Source: an uncultured Qipengyuania sp. (GTDB lineage Bacteria; Pseudomonadota; Alphaproteobacteria; Sphingomonadales; Sphingomonadaceae). From it: a stretch of 61,939 nucleotides of DNA. This document shows, piece after piece, positions 19,292 through 29,674 of the stretch. Numbering within the stretch: the first letter of the stretch is position 1; every line of letters begins with the position of its first letter. A program made the position numbers and the translations under genes. The notes beneath the pieces were generated by a model, which was not told the DNA's origin, searched no databases, and saw nothing but the letters and a program-made list of their open reading frames with translations. Location: contig CBFGON010000001.1 in NCBI GenBank assembly GCA_965650395.1, positions 1 to 61,939 on the forward strand, written 5' to 3'.

Positions 19292-20485
19292 ATGTACGAG
19301 CAATTTTACGGCTTTACCGAGAAGCCTTTTCAGCTGACGCCCGATCCGGCGTTCTACTACGAAAGCGTCACGCACAAGAAGGCCCTTAGCTATCTCGGCT
19401 ACGGCCTCAACCAGGGCGAAGGCTTTGTCGTAATCACCGGCGAGGTGGGAGCGGGTAAATCGACACTTGTCGCGCATCTCAAAGGCAAGCTCGATAGCCG
19501 GCGCATGACAGTGGGCGAAGTTGTCACCAGCGCGCTCGATGGCGAAGAGATGATCCATGTCGCTGCGCGCAGCTTCGGGCTCGACGTAGACGGCAACGAC
19601 AAAGCCAGCGCGCTAGCTGCGATCGAATTGTTTCTTCACGAAGAAGCGCGGGCCGGGAAACGCGTCCTGCTGATTGTGGACGAAGCGCAGAACCTTTCCA
19701 TCGGAGCGCTTGAAGAACTCCGGATGTTGTCAAACTTTCAGCTCGGGTCGCACCCGCTGCTGCAGACGCTGCTGCTGGGCCAGCCCGAATTTCGTCACCT
19801 GCTTGCCCAGTCGGACGAGCTCGAACAATTGCGGCAGCGCGTCATTGCGGCACACCACCTCGAAGCGATGCAGCCGGGCGAAATGCAGCCCTATGTGATG
19901 CATCGCCTTGATTATGTGGGCTGGAACGACAATCCGGAGCTTGACAGTGCCTTGTGGAGCAAGCTGCACAAGGCGTCAGGTGGCATTCCGCGTAAGGTCA
20001 ACCAGATCATGACGCGGCTCCTTCTTATGGGTGCCGTTGAGGAACAGGCTGTGCTCACGGCAGAGATGCTTGATACCGTGATCTCCGAAATTGGCACCGA
20101 CGATGCTGCCGAAGCGGAATTCAAGGGTAATCGCGTGCGTCCCGATCGCAATGTGCCGGCCGGCGATGCAATTGCCCGGGCCCGCTCGCAATCGGTTACG
20201 CCGCAGGACGCGTTGGCATTGGAAGCGGCACAAGCGCAGGGGCTGCTTGCCGCGCAGATCAAGGCCATTGAAAGTGCCTTTGCGGAGCGCGACAAGCACC
20301 TTGCCGCCTTGCGCAACGAGGTCAAACAGTTGGAAGAAGTCGGCAAGGACACCTCGCCCAGCGATACCAAGGCGAGGCTTGCTCGAATCGAAGCGCGCCT
20401 TGACGAGCAGGAGCACTCGCTGCGTCACGTCCTTACAATGATGATCGAATTCTTCGAGAACTCCAGTAAGCCGGCCGCCATCTGA
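19292..20485 (+). CDS. ExeA-like AAA ATPase, XrtA/PEP-CTERM system-associated
   Basis: MYEQFYGFTEKPFQLTPDP, Walker A GEVGAGKS, Walker B LIVDEAQNL, LLGQPEF, GGIPRKVN, C-terminal coiled coil. Confidence 0.9.
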   Translation: MYEQFYGFTEKPFQLTPDPAFYYESVTHKKALSYLGYGLNQGEGFVVITGEVGAGKSTLVAHLKGKLDSRRMTVGEVVTSALDGEEMIHVAARSFGLDVDGNDKASALAAIELFLHEEARAGKRVLLIVDEAQNLSIGALEELRMLSNFQLGSHPLLQTLLLGQPEFRHLLAQSDELEQLRQRVIAAHHLEAMQPGEMQPYVMHRLDYVGWNDNPELDSALWSKLHKASGGIPRKVNQIMTRLLLMGAVEEQAVLTAEMLDTVISEIGTDDAAEAEFKGNRVRPDRNVPAGDAIARARSQSVTPQDALALEAAQAQGLLAAQIKAIESAFAERDKHLAALRNEVKQLEEVGKDTSPSDTKARLARIEARLDEQEHSLRHVLTMMIEFFENSSKPAAI

Positions 20486-20508
20486 GGCTGCGGCAGGAGG
20501 GCAGGTTG

Positions 20509-21378
20509 ATGTCTGCGACAACTGTCGTCAATGGCCTGTCGGTCGATGTCGAAGACTGGTTTCAGGTCGGCGCCTTCGAGAATACGATAAACCGCGACGA
20601 TTGGGATTCGCTCCCGCTTCGGGTGAGCGACAATGTAGATCGCATACTCGACCTGTTTGACGAAGCGGACGTCAAGGCGACCTTCTTCACATTGGGCTGG
20701 GTCGCTGAACGCAATACCGCAGTGATGCGATCAATCGTTGCGCGTGGGCATGAACTTGCCAGCCACGGTTACGATCACACGCGGGTGTTCACATTCAGTC
20801 GCAAGGAATTCGGGCAAGATATCGCGCGTGCCCGCGCCATTCTGGAAGATGCAAGCGGCACGGCGGTCACCGGCTATCGTGCACCCAGCTTTTCGATCGA
20901 TGCCAGAAACAGCTGGGCGCATGAGGTGCTGGCAGAGCATGGCTATGCCTATTCATCCAGCGTCGCGCCTGTTGTGCACGACCACTACGGATGGCGCGAG
21001 GCACCTCGATTTGCATTTAATCCGGTGCCCGGCAGTGAATTGGTTGAAGTGCCCGTGACGACCGCCATTTTCCGCAATCGGCGCCTTGCTGCAGGCGGCG
21101 GCGGCTTTTTCCGAGTGCTTCCTTATGGCTTCAGCCGCTGGGCGATCCGTCAGGTCAATCGCGAATTACGGCCTGCGGTCTTCTATTTTCACCCTTGGGA
21201 GGTCGATCCCGACCAGCCGCGGGTTGCCGGTGCCCCGTTCAAATCGCGACTGAGGCATTATACCAATCTGGGCAAGATGAAGGGCAAGCTGGAACAGCTG
21301 ATCCGCGACTTCACCTGGGGCCGAATGGACGAGCTTGCCGCTCGTGAAAAGGTGCGCGCGGCGGACTGGGTAGCGTGA
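20509..21378 (+). CDS. Polysaccharide deacetylase, XrtA system (DUF3473-type)
   Basis: SVDVEDWFQV, ATFFTLGWVAE, HELASHGYDH, GYRAPSFS, GGGFFR, FYFHPWEVDP; AGGAGG RBS. Confidence 0.92.
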   Translation: MSATTVVNGLSVDVEDWFQVGAFENTINRDDWDSLPLRVSDNVDRILDLFDEADVKATFFTLGWVAERNTAVMRSIVARGHELASHGYDHTRVFTFSRKEFGQDIARARAILEDASGTAVTGYRAPSFSIDARNSWAHEVLAEHGYAYSSSVAPVVHDHYGWREAPRFAFNPVPGSELVEVPVTTAIFRNRRLAAGGGGFFRVLPYGFSRWAIRQVNRELRPAVFYFHPWEVDPDQPRVAGAPFKSRLRHYTNLGKMKGKLEQLIRDFTWGRMDELAAREKVRAADWVA

Positions 21379-21392
21379 GCGGGCATCGTGCC

Positions 21393-22436
21393 ATGAATTC
21401 TGTTGTCCGGCTTGCAAATCTCGCGGACGAAAGCGAGACGCAACGGATCGAAGGTTTTGTTGCCGAGCAGCGCGGTAGTGTTTTCCAGCGCCCGCTTTGG
21501 CTTCGATCAATCGAACAAGGAACCGGGCAGCGCGCACTTGGCTTGGTGGTCGAGCGTGGCAGAGGCTTGGCGGGATGGCTTCCGCTGACAGATGTACATT
21601 CGCCGCTATTTGGCCGCGCACTGGTTTCCAGCGGCTTTGCAGTTGGCGGAGGGGTTTTGGCGTTGCAAGATGCCGACAGAGATGCGCTTTGCCGATCCGC
21701 TGTGGAACTTGCGCAGCGTCTGACTGCTTCTTCGATAGAACTGCGCGGGCCGGACGCTCCTCCCGACTGGATTGAAATCACCGGCAAACATGTCAATTTC
21801 AGTGCCGATCTGGCGAGCGACAACGAAACGCAATTGCTCGCTATACCGCGCAAGGCGCGCGCTGAAGTGCGCAAGGGTTTGTCGGGCGAGCTCACGGTAA
21901 CCACCGGCAGTGACGAGCGAGAACGAGCAGCCCATTTTGCCTGCTATTCCGCAAGTGTGCGTAACCTCGGCACGCCGGTATTTCCGCGTAGCCTGTTCGC
22001 GGCCGTGCTCGATACATTTGGGCAGGACGCAGATATATTGACGGTCTGGGATGGCACAATCCCCGTTGCCAGCGTGCTTTCCCTGTACCATCAGGGAACG
22101 GTGATGCCGTATTGGGGCGGCGGCCCACACGCCGCCCGCAATCTGCGCGCAAATGAACGAATGTATTACGCGCTGATGTGCCATGCGCGAATGCGGGGCT
22201 GCACGCGTTTCGACTTCGGTCGTTCCAAAGTGAACAGTGGAGCATATTTCTTCAAGAAAAACTGGGGTTTCGAACCTGAACCACTCGCCTATCGCAGCTG
22301 GAATTCGAAGAACGAAGCTGCGCGAAATATCGATCCCAATGACGAAGGATATTCGGCCAAGATTGCGCTGTGGAAGAAGTTGCCGCTGCCCATCGCTAAT
22401 GTCCTCGGTCCCTGGATTGCGCGCGGATTGGGTTGA
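21393..22436 (+). CDS. FemAB-like GNAT protein, XrtA system-associated
   Basis: SPLFGRALVSSGFAVGGG, IPRKARAEVRKG, SVRNLGTPVFP, PYWGGG, FDFGRSK, FKKNWGFEP. An alternative GTG start lies at 21375. Confidence 0.9.
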   Translation: MNSVVRLANLADESETQRIEGFVAEQRGSVFQRPLWLRSIEQGTGQRALGLVVERGRGLAGWLPLTDVHSPLFGRALVSSGFAVGGGVLALQDADRDALCRSAVELAQRLTASSIELRGPDAPPDWIEITGKHVNFSADLASDNETQLLAIPRKARAEVRKGLSGELTVTTGSDERERAAHFACYSASVRNLGTPVFPRSLFAAVLDTFGQDADILTVWDGTIPVASVLSLYHQGTVMPYWGGGPHAARNLRANERMYYALMCHARMRGCTRFDFGRSKVNSGAYFFKKNWGFEPEPLAYRSWNSKNEAARNIDPNDEGYSAKIALWKKLPLPIANVLGPWIARGLG

Positions 22437-22441
22437 CCGTC

Positions 22442-23656
22442 GTGCAGGAAATTCTGTTCCTTGCGCATCGCATACCCTTTCCGCCAGATCGCGGGGACAA
22501 GATTCGCTCGCACCACTTGCTGAAGGGGTTAGCGAAACTGGGTCGCGTGCATGTTGGCACCTTCGCAGAGAATGCCCACGACCGCGGTCAAGAAGAAGAA
22601 CTGCGGGCATTTGCGAGCAGCCACATTCTGATCGACCGTTCAAAACCACTGTCATTCGCCGGTGTGGAAGCACTGATCAGAGGCACGCCGGTCAGCGTCT
22701 CAGCATTTGACAACAATCGCTTGCGCGATTGGGTCGCGCGGACGCTGGCTGAAAGGCCAATCGATACGATCTTCGTATTCTCGGGCCAGATGGGGCAGTA
22801 TGTTCCACCTGACTTTGCAGGTCGTGTGATCATAGATTTGTGCGATGTAGATTCAGCCAAATTCGAAGGTTACGCGGCAGCTGGGGATCGTCGCTGGCTA
22901 AACTATCGCGAGGGGCGGTTGCTTGCCCAGGAAGAAGATAGACTAACCCGTCGTGCCGATACGACTTTGCTGATCAGCTCGGACGAGGTGGCATTGCTGC
23001 GTGACAGGATTGGCGATGCAGAGAATCTCGACATCAGGATGCTGGGCAATGGTATTGACGCAGCGTTTTTCGATCCAGCGCTGGCCGCCGCACATCCCGC
23101 ATTCGATCCCGGCGAAGCCAATCTGGTCTTCACCGGTCAGATGGACTACGCCCCTAATGTCGCGGCGGTTCGCAACTTCGTTACCTCGATCCTTCCTCTG
23201 GTAAGGAGCGAAATCGCCATCCGCTTTCACATCGTCGGACGCGCACCAACGGCGGAAGTTCGTTCGCTGGAATGGCATAACAAGGTGAAAGTATGGGGCG
23301 AAGTTCCCGATGTGCGTCCCTTCCTCGCCGGCGCTTCTGCAGTGGTTGCACCGCTAATGATCGCTCGCGGAGTGCAGAATAAGGTGCTCGAGGCAATGGC
23401 GATGGCACGGCCTGTCGTGCTGACGCCCGAAGCCGCAACCGGAATTGAAGCGGAGAATGGCGTGCATTTCCTTGTGGGCGAAAATGCAGCGCAATTCGCG
23501 TTCTTGCTCGAAGGGTTGCTGGGGAAACAGATTTCATCTGCCGCTATAGGTCGGGCAGCGCGACGCTTTGTGACAGAACAGATGAGTTGGACTGCGATGG
23601 ATCGCGCGCTTGCCCAAATTGTTCAAAACAGCGAGAAAGGCATCGATGCCGCCTGA
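22442..23656 (+). CDS. GT4-family glycosyltransferase, PEP-CTERM/XrtA system
   Basis: ILFLAHRIPFPPDRGDKIRS, DVDSAKF, NGID, FTGQMDYAPN, ARGVQNKVLEAMAM. An alternative TTG start lies at 22433. Confidence 0.92.
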   Translation: MQEILFLAHRIPFPPDRGDKIRSHHLLKGLAKLGRVHVGTFAENAHDRGQEEELRAFASSHILIDRSKPLSFAGVEALIRGTPVSVSAFDNNRLRDWVARTLAERPIDTIFVFSGQMGQYVPPDFAGRVIIDLCDVDSAKFEGYAAAGDRRWLNYREGRLLAQEEDRLTRRADTTLLISSDEVALLRDRIGDAENLDIRMLGNGIDAAFFDPALAAAHPAFDPGEANLVFTGQMDYAPNVAAVRNFVTSILPLVRSEIAIRFHIVGRAPTAEVRSLEWHNKVKVWGEVPDVRPFLAGASAVVAPLMIARGVQNKVLEAMAMARPVVLTPEAATGIEAENGVHFLVGENAAQFAFLLEGLLGKQISSAAIGRAARRFVTEQMSWTAMDRALAQIVQNSEKGIDAA

Positions 23657-24647
23657 TATTGCCCTTGATCGCTCGACAGCTAGCGCCACCGAGAACCAGT
23701 GGGGCGGGGCACTGCTTGCAGTTGGCGTGGTCTGGGCGTGTTTGATCGCGATGACTTTTCGCGAATGGACTGAAATGGCTCACCAGTGGTGGGAAATTGA
23801 CACCTACAGCCATATTCTGCTGATCATCCCGATTATTTTCTGGCTGGGATGGATCAGGCGGGACGAATTACACAGAACTGAGCCGCGAGGCTGGCTTCCG
23901 GCCGTAATTTGGCTGGCTTTTGGACTCGCGTTCTGGCTTGCCGGCAGGGCGACGGGAATCAATCTTGTCGCGCAGGGTGGGGTTGTGATCGCGCTGCAAG
24001 GTTCTGCTTCAGCAATCATCGGGCTGAGGGGTACGTTGGTGCTGGGATTCCCGCTGTTTTATCTACTTTTCATCGTGCCTTTCGGTGATGAGATAATACC
24101 GTTCCTCCAGACTATCACAGCTCAGATTGCCACGACGCTGACAGAAGCGAGCGGTATCCACACAGTTTCTGATGGTATCCATATCGACACTCCGGCAGGA
24201 TTGTTCATCGTGGCGGAGGCCTGTTCGGGAGTGAAGTTTCTTATCGCCATGATGGCGTTGGGAGTAATGGTCGCCTACACCTGCTTCAAAAGCTGGAAAC
24301 GGCGATTGTGGTTCCTTTTCGCTTGCGCAGTGGTGCCCATAATCGCGAATGGAATTCGAGCCTGGGCGACCATTTTTATCGCCCAGTATGTTGGCGCGGA
24401 AGCTGCCGGCAGTTTTGATCACATCGTTTATGGCTGGATATTCTTCGGAATTGTCATCGCGCTGGTGTTAGGTATCGCCTGGCGCTGGTTCGAGCGTGTG
24501 CCTGAAGATGCAGGGCTAACCGCGAATGAGGTCATGGCGATGCCTATGGTGTTACGCTGGGAGGGCAAGCCGCTGGGCAGGGGTCTCATCGTCGGCATAG
24601 TGCTGGTTGTCGCGGTGCTCTTTGCCGTGGCCGAAAGACTGGTCTAG
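23646..24647 (+). CDS. xrtA: Exosortase A (EpsH family)
   Basis: Multi-TM protein with YSHILLI, PFGDE.IP.LQ and the catalytic triad Cys (VAEACSG), Arg (ANGIRA) and His (DHIVYGW). Confidence 0.92.
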   Translation: MPPDIALDRSTASATENQWGGALLAVGVVWACLIAMTFREWTEMAHQWWEIDTYSHILLIIPIIFWLGWIRRDELHRTEPRGWLPAVIWLAFGLAFWLAGRATGINLVAQGGVVIALQGSASAIIGLRGTLVLGFPLFYLLFIVPFGDEIIPFLQTITAQIATTLTEASGIHTVSDGIHIDTPAGLFIVAEACSGVKFLIAMMALGVMVAYTCFKSWKRRLWFLFACAVVPIIANGIRAWATIFIAQYVGAEAAGSFDHIVYGWIFFGIVIALVLGIAWRWFERVPEDAGLTANEVMAMPMVLRWEGKPLGRGLIVGIVLVVAVLFAVAERLV

Positions 24648-24656
24648 GCCGCCGCC

Positions 24657-26555
24657 ATGTGCGGGATCGCGGGTATTTTTCATTACGAGAGCATCAAGCC
24701 GGTCGATCCCAAGCGGATTGAACGGATGACTGAAGCTCTCGCGCACCGCGGGCCGGATGGTTCAGGTGTGTGGGCTGCACCTGGAATCGGGTTGGGGCAT
24801 CGGCGTCTGTCGATCATTGACCTAGCCGGATCTCCCCAGCCGATGCATTCGGCGGATGGCGGGGCAGTGATCGTCTTCAATGGCGAGATCTACAATTACC
24901 GTGCGCTGCGGCGAGAACTGGAGCAGAGCGGGGCGGTTTTCCGCACGGACGGAGACACCGAGACAATTCTCGCCGCCTGGCAAAAGTGGGGGCCTGATTG
25001 CCTTTCGCGCCTTGATGGCATGTTTGCTTTTGCACTTTACGACCTGAGAAAGCGGCAGCTTTTCCTTGCTAGGGACCGGCTTGGCGTGAAGCCACTATAC
25101 CTCGCAAGATTTCCTGGCGGTGCATTTGCCTTTGCAAGTGAACTCAAGGGTTTGTTAGCCAATCCTCTGATGCGGCGCGAAATCGATCTGCTGGCGATCG
25201 AGGATTTTATGACTTGGGGCTATGTGCCTGATCACAGAGCAATGTTGAAGGGGGTGGAGAAGCTCCCTGCGGGGCATTTCCTGTTGCTCGAACACGGGCG
25301 CGAACCAGGTGCCCCGCAGCAATATTGGGATGTTGATTTCACGGGACGCGAGCGCGGCAGTGCCGAAGATCGTTCGGCGAAATTGCTTCACCTGATGCGC
25401 GAAGGCGTGATCAGCCGTATGGTCGCCGATGTGCCTCTTGGTGCGTTCCTTTCCGGCGGCGTCGACAGTTCTTCTGTGGTCGCGCTGATGAGTGAAGCGA
25501 GTGCGCAGCCGGTTACGAGTTGCTCAATCGGGTTCGATGTCGCCAGTGTGGACGAGACGACCTACGCTAGGCAGATTGCTGAACTCTTTGGAACACGACA
25601 CCACCAGCGAATAGTCTCATCGGATCAGTTTGATGAGATAGACCGGATTGCGGCCATCTTCGATGAGCCTTTTGCCGATGCCAGCGCCCTGCCAACCTTG
25701 CGGGTCTGCGAATTGGCGCGCGAGCATGTGACAGTTGCACTTTCAGGCGATGGTGCCGATGAGGCTTTTGCAGGCTACCGTCGGCAAATGTTCCAATTGC
25801 GAGAAGAGCAGGCGCGCTCGGTGTTGCCGGGTTTCCTGCGGGAACCAGTGTTCGGAACACTGGGTCGCTATTGGCCCAAGGCAGACTGGGCACCGCAGGC
25901 TTTGCGAGCGAAAGCCACATTCATGGCGCTCTCACAAAGCGGCGAGATGGGGTATGCCCGTGCTCTGGCGATCCTCGCACCCGAACAGCGCGATGCCTTG
26001 TATGGTGATGTTTTGCGAAGTGAGCGTGGCGACTACCGTGCCGAACAGCCCTTTGCAGAGTTGATGCGCGGGGCGCCTGCCCGTTCTGGACTTGACCGCG
26101 CGCAATATGCCGACCTCAAGTTCTGGCTGCCCGGCGATATTCTGACCAAGACTGATCGCACCAGCATGGCTGTGAGCCTGGAAGCGCGCGAGCCACTGCT
26201 TGACCATCGGTTAATCGAGTTTGCCGCCCGCCTGACGCACCGGGATCGGATTCGCGGGACAACAGGCAAATGGCTGATGAAGCGCACGATGGAACGCCTC
26301 CTGCCCGAGGACATTCTCTATCGTCCTAAGCAGGGCTTTGTGACGCCGCTCGCGCAGTGGTTCCGTGGTCCGCTTGCCGCGGAGGCACGGATAATCGCCT
26401 CGAGCAGCCTGTTGACCGACAGCGGATGGTTCGACCGCAAAGCACTTTCACGAATTGCGGAGGATCATATCTCTGGCCTTGCCGACCACGGCCGAGTGTT
26501 GTGGCAATTGCTAATGTTGGACCGCTCGCTCAAGCATCTGCAGCCCAGCGCCTGA
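24657..26555 (+). CDS. Asparagine synthase-like glutamine amidotransferase, XrtA system
   Basis: N-terminal MCGIAG (Ntn Cys), HRGPDG, GHRRLSIIDL, FNGEIYN, FLSGGVDSS, LSGDGADE, LEAREPLLDH, RPKQGF. Confidence 0.95.
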   Translation: MCGIAGIFHYESIKPVDPKRIERMTEALAHRGPDGSGVWAAPGIGLGHRRLSIIDLAGSPQPMHSADGGAVIVFNGEIYNYRALRRELEQSGAVFRTDGDTETILAAWQKWGPDCLSRLDGMFAFALYDLRKRQLFLARDRLGVKPLYLARFPGGAFAFASELKGLLANPLMRREIDLLAIEDFMTWGYVPDHRAMLKGVEKLPAGHFLLLEHGREPGAPQQYWDVDFTGRERGSAEDRSAKLLHLMREGVISRMVADVPLGAFLSGGVDSSSVVALMSEASAQPVTSCSIGFDVASVDETTYARQIAELFGTRHHQRIVSSDQFDEIDRIAAIFDEPFADASALPTLRVCELAREHVTVALSGDGADEAFAGYRRQMFQLREEQARSVLPGFLREPVFGTLGRYWPKADWAPQALRAKATFMALSQSGEMGYARALAILAPEQRDALYGDVLRSERGDYRAEQPFAELMRGAPARSGLDRAQYADLKFWLPGDILTKTDRTSMAVSLEAREPLLDHRLIEFAARLTHRDRIRGTTGKWLMKRTMERLLPEDILYRPKQGFVTPLAQWFRGPLAAEARIIASSSLLTDSGWFDRKALSRIAEDHISGLADHGRVLWQLLMLDRSLKHLQPSA

Positions 26556-26557
26556 AC

Positions 26558-27673
26558 TCAGCCGGCAACGCCGTGACCCTTTGCCATATAATCCGCGCTC
26601 TGCATTTCCTTGAGGCGACTGACCGTGCGCTCGAACTCAAAGGCGCCATCGCCTGCGATGTAGAGGTCTTCTGGCTCGGCCGCAGCGGTGGTGAACAGCT
26701 TGACGTTGTTCTCGTATAGCGCATCGACCAACTTGGTGAAGCGGATCGCTTCATTGCGGTTTTCCGGCCCCATGCGCGGGATGCCGACGACGATAATTGT
26801 GTGATAGACATGTGCAATGGCGAGGTAGTCGGCCGCTCCGCGATTTTCGCCGCACAGTCGCTTGAAACTGAACACACCGACGCCCTTAAGGCTCTTGGGG
26901 ACATGGAGCATCCTCCCGCCGCCCAGATCCAGATCTGCGCCAGGCACATTGGCTGCATCTTCGGGCTTGTAGTCTGTTAGACGGAAGAAAGCCTCGCGCA
27001 CCTGCGCCGTTGCGCTTTCCCCCAGCGGCGTGTGCCAACTGTCGAGATCACCCAGGCGGTCGAGGCGGTAGTCGGTCACTCCGTTGAGCGGGACTATATC
27101 AAGTTCGGCTTCGATCAACTCGATGAAAGGAAGGAAAAGAGACCGGTTGAGTCCATCCTTGTAGAGCTCGCTGGGCGGACGGTTGCTGGTCGTAACAACG
27201 GTCACGCCCTGATCGACGATAAGAGCGGTGAATAGCCGCGCCATGATTGCCGCGTCGGCTGTGTTGGTGACGACCATCTCGTCAAACGCCAAGCAACGCA
27301 CATTGGCGGCGATATGCGCTGCGGTCGGTGCGATGGGGTCGCCTGCCTCCTTCTTGCGCTCCTCGCGTATCAACCTATCAACTTCGAGCATGAATTCGTG
27401 GAAATGGACGCGCCGCTTCTCGGCAATTCCCAGCGTCTCGACAAACAGATCCATCAGCATGGATTTGCCGCGACCAACGCCGCCCCACATATATACACCT
27501 TGCGGGCGGACCTTCTTGGGCCGGAAAAGCTGACTTAGCAGCCCGCCCGAAGTTTCCGACTCGAGGTCTTTCTGCAGGCGGTCAAGCCGCTCCGCAGCAC
27601 GGCGCTGGTCGGCATCCGGCTTCAGCTCGCCCGCTGCGACGAGCTTTTCGTAACGCACCAGCATGCCGCTCAT
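26558..27673 (-). CDS. zapE: AFG1-like ATPase, cell division protein ZapE
   Basis: GVYMWGGVGRGKSMLMDLF, RVHFHEFM, LAFDEM, TSNRPP..LYKDGLNR, FERTVSRLKEMQS. Confidence 0.93.
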   Translation of the reverse strand: MSGMLVRYEKLVAAGELKPDADQRRAAERLDRLQKDLESETSGGLLSQLFRPKKVRPQGVYMWGGVGRGKSMLMDLFVETLGIAEKRRVHFHEFMLEVDRLIREERKKEAGDPIAPTAAHIAANVRCLAFDEMVVTNTADAAIMARLFTALIVDQGVTVVTTSNRPPSELYKDGLNRSLFLPFIELIEAELDIVPLNGVTDYRLDRLGDLDSWHTPLGESATAQVREAFFRLTDYKPEDAANVPGADLDLGGGRMLHVPKSLKGVGVFSFKRLCGENRGAADYLAIAHVYHTIIVVGIPRMGPENRNEAIRFTKLVDALYENNVKLFTTAAAEPEDLYIAGDGAFEFERTVSRLKEMQSADYMAKGHGVAG

Positions 27674-28128
27674 CGGCGTTGCATCTTCCTCACAATGCCT
27701 GAGAATGAAGCGACCACGTGATCTTCCTGCTCGACCGTACCGCGGACGAATACCAGACTACCTGTTTCGCGAACGATCTCGGTTACGGAATCGAGAGGGC
27801 GGCCCAGATCACCTGCACCAACGAACTGTGTCGAAAGCTCGAGGGTCACCGAAGGACCCGCATTGCCGCTGCCGAGGGTGTGCATGGTGGTGAAGAGCGA
27901 GATGTCGATCAGCGACAGCGTCACCGCGCCGTGGACGATGCCCTGCAGATTGGCGTGTCGCCTTTCCGGGATCATGCGCAGCCGGCTGCGGCCATTTTCG
28001 TCTATGCGCGTGATGAGGCGGCCCATCACAGCCCCATTGAACAGCGTCTGGTCCTTGAGATTCCAGTGCCGCCAACCCGGATTTTCCGGGTCAGGGCCAT
28101 GCTCGAAAACGTTTTCGGGAAGCTCCAC
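27670..28128 (-). CDS. PaaI family (hot-dog fold) thioesterase
   Basis: HANLQGIVHGAV...ID, SVTLELSTQFV, LVFVRG. Confidence 0.85.
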   Translation of the reverse strand: MELPENVFEHGPDPENPGWRHWNLKDQTLFNGAVMGRLITRIDENGRSRLRMIPERRHANLQGIVHGAVTLSLIDISLFTTMHTLGSGNAGPSVTLELSTQFVGAGDLGRPLDSVTEIVRETGSLVFVRGTVEQEDHVVASFSGIVRKMQRR

Positions 28129-28133
28129 GCGGA

Positions 28134-28916
28134 TCAGATGGCGCGTTCGGCCATCATCTTCTTGGTTTCAGCGATTGCCTTTGCGGGGCTGAGGCCCTTG
28201 GGGCAGACATTCGCGCAATTCATGATCGTGTGACAGCGATAAAGCCGGAACGGATCTTCAAGTTGGTCAAGCCGCTCGCCGGTCATTTCGTCTCGACTAT
28301 CGGCCAGCCAGCGATAGGCCTGCAAAAGGATCGCCGGGCCGAGGAACTTGTCGCTATTCCACCAGTAGCTGGGACACGAAGTCGAACAGCAGGCGCACAG
28401 GATGCATTCGTAAAGTCCGTCCAGCTTTTCGCGCTGATCGGGCGACTGAAGACGTTCCTTGCCGCTGGGGGTGGTCGAAACGGTCTGCAGCCACGGGCGG
28501 ATCGAGGCATATTGCGCATAGAAATGGGTGAAGTCGGGCACGAGGTCCTTGATCACTTCCATATGTGGCAACGGAGTGATGCGAATATCGCCCTTCAGGT
28601 CTTCAATAGCAGTGGTGCAGGCAAGCCCATTGGTGCCGTTCATGTTCATCGAACACGAGCCGCAAATGCCTTCGCGGCAGGAGCGGCGGAAGGTTAGAGT
28701 GGGATCGATCTCGTTCTTGATCTTGAACAGTGCATCCAGAACCATCGGACCACAATTGTCGAGATCGATCTCGAAAGTGTCATAACGCGGGTTTTCTCCG
28801 CTGTCAGGATCATAGCGGTAGATCTTGAAGCTCTTTAGACGTGTGCCGCCATCTGCCTTGTGCGCGCGGCCCTTGCCGCTGATCTTCGAATTCTTGGGAA
28901 GGGTGAAGGTCGCCAT
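28134..28916 (-). CDS. sdhB: Succinate dehydrogenase iron-sulfur subunit
   Basis: [49 protein letters not shown]. Confidence 0.97.
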   Translation of the reverse strand: MATFTLPKNSKISGKGRAHKADGGTRLKSFKIYRYDPDSGENPRYDTFEIDLDNCGPMVLDALFKIKNEIDPTLTFRRSCREGICGSCSMNMNGTNGLACTTAIEDLKGDIRITPLPHMEVIKDLVPDFTHFYAQYASIRPWLQTVSTTPSGKERLQSPDQREKLDGLYECILCACCSTSCPSYWWNSDKFLGPAILLQAYRWLADSRDEMTGERLDQLEDPFRLYRCHTIMNCANVCPKGLSPAKAIAETKKMMAERAI

Positions 28917-28990
28917 TGAACGCTTGATCCTGTTGTCTGCGCGCCCTCTCTAGCGCCTCGGCGACACGGCGCAAGGGTGAGGGTGCTTGT

Positions 28991-29674
28991 ATGGACAGAA
29001 CCGCGGTGGCAATGCCGCCGACGATGCAAGTGGCCATATATGACCTCGACAAGACGCTGGTGCGGCAGGCGACATTCACGCCGTTCCTGGTTTTTGCAGC
29101 GCGACGTGTGGCGCCATGGCGGCTTGCGCTGCTGCCGGTTTGGATCGTCCTGATGATCGGCCACAAGGCGGGGTTCTATCAGCGGACGTGGCTCAAGACC
29201 GCAGGGATGCGGCTTATGTTAGGTCGGGTTTCCTTAGCGCATTTGGAGGCCTTGGGGCGCGAATTTGCGCCGCATCATATTGCACGAAAAGGCTGGATGG
29301 AGGGCATCAGAGTGATGGTGCGTCAGGATCAAGCCGAAGGAACGACCGTTGCAATCGCTACAGCAGCCTTTGAATTCTATGCACGAGCATTTGCTGATCT
29401 ACTGGGGATCGAAACGGTGATCGCGACTCTATGGGACGGCGCAGGCATTCCCGGCGGCAATTGTTATGGCGACGAAAAGGCGCGCCGTGTGCAAAGCTGG
29501 TTTGACACACTGGGTCCATCCGAAATGCCGGTCGCACTTAGGTTCGTGAGCGATAGCTTTGCCGATTCACCTCTACTCGAACAGGCTCAGGATGCAGTAT
29601 TCGTTACTGCCAATGCCGGAAAGCGCGAGATTGCCGAAGGCAAGGGCTGGGCGGTGGTAAGCGGGCAGGCCTAG
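28991..29674 (+). CDS. HAD-IB family phosphatase (SerB/PlsC-associated type)
   Basis: Motif I YDLDKT, motif II IATAA, GNCYGDEK, motif IV SDSFADSPLL. The start may be ATG 29024. Confidence 0.85.
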   Translation: MDRTAVAMPPTMQVAIYDLDKTLVRQATFTPFLVFAARRVAPWRLALLPVWIVLMIGHKAGFYQRTWLKTAGMRLMLGRVSLAHLEALGREFAPHHIARKGWMEGIRVMVRQDQAEGTTVAIATAAFEFYARAFADLLGIETVIATLWDGAGIPGGNCYGDEKARRVQSWFDTLGPSEMPVALRFVSDSFADSPLLEQAQDAVFVTANAGKREIAEGKGWAVVSGQA

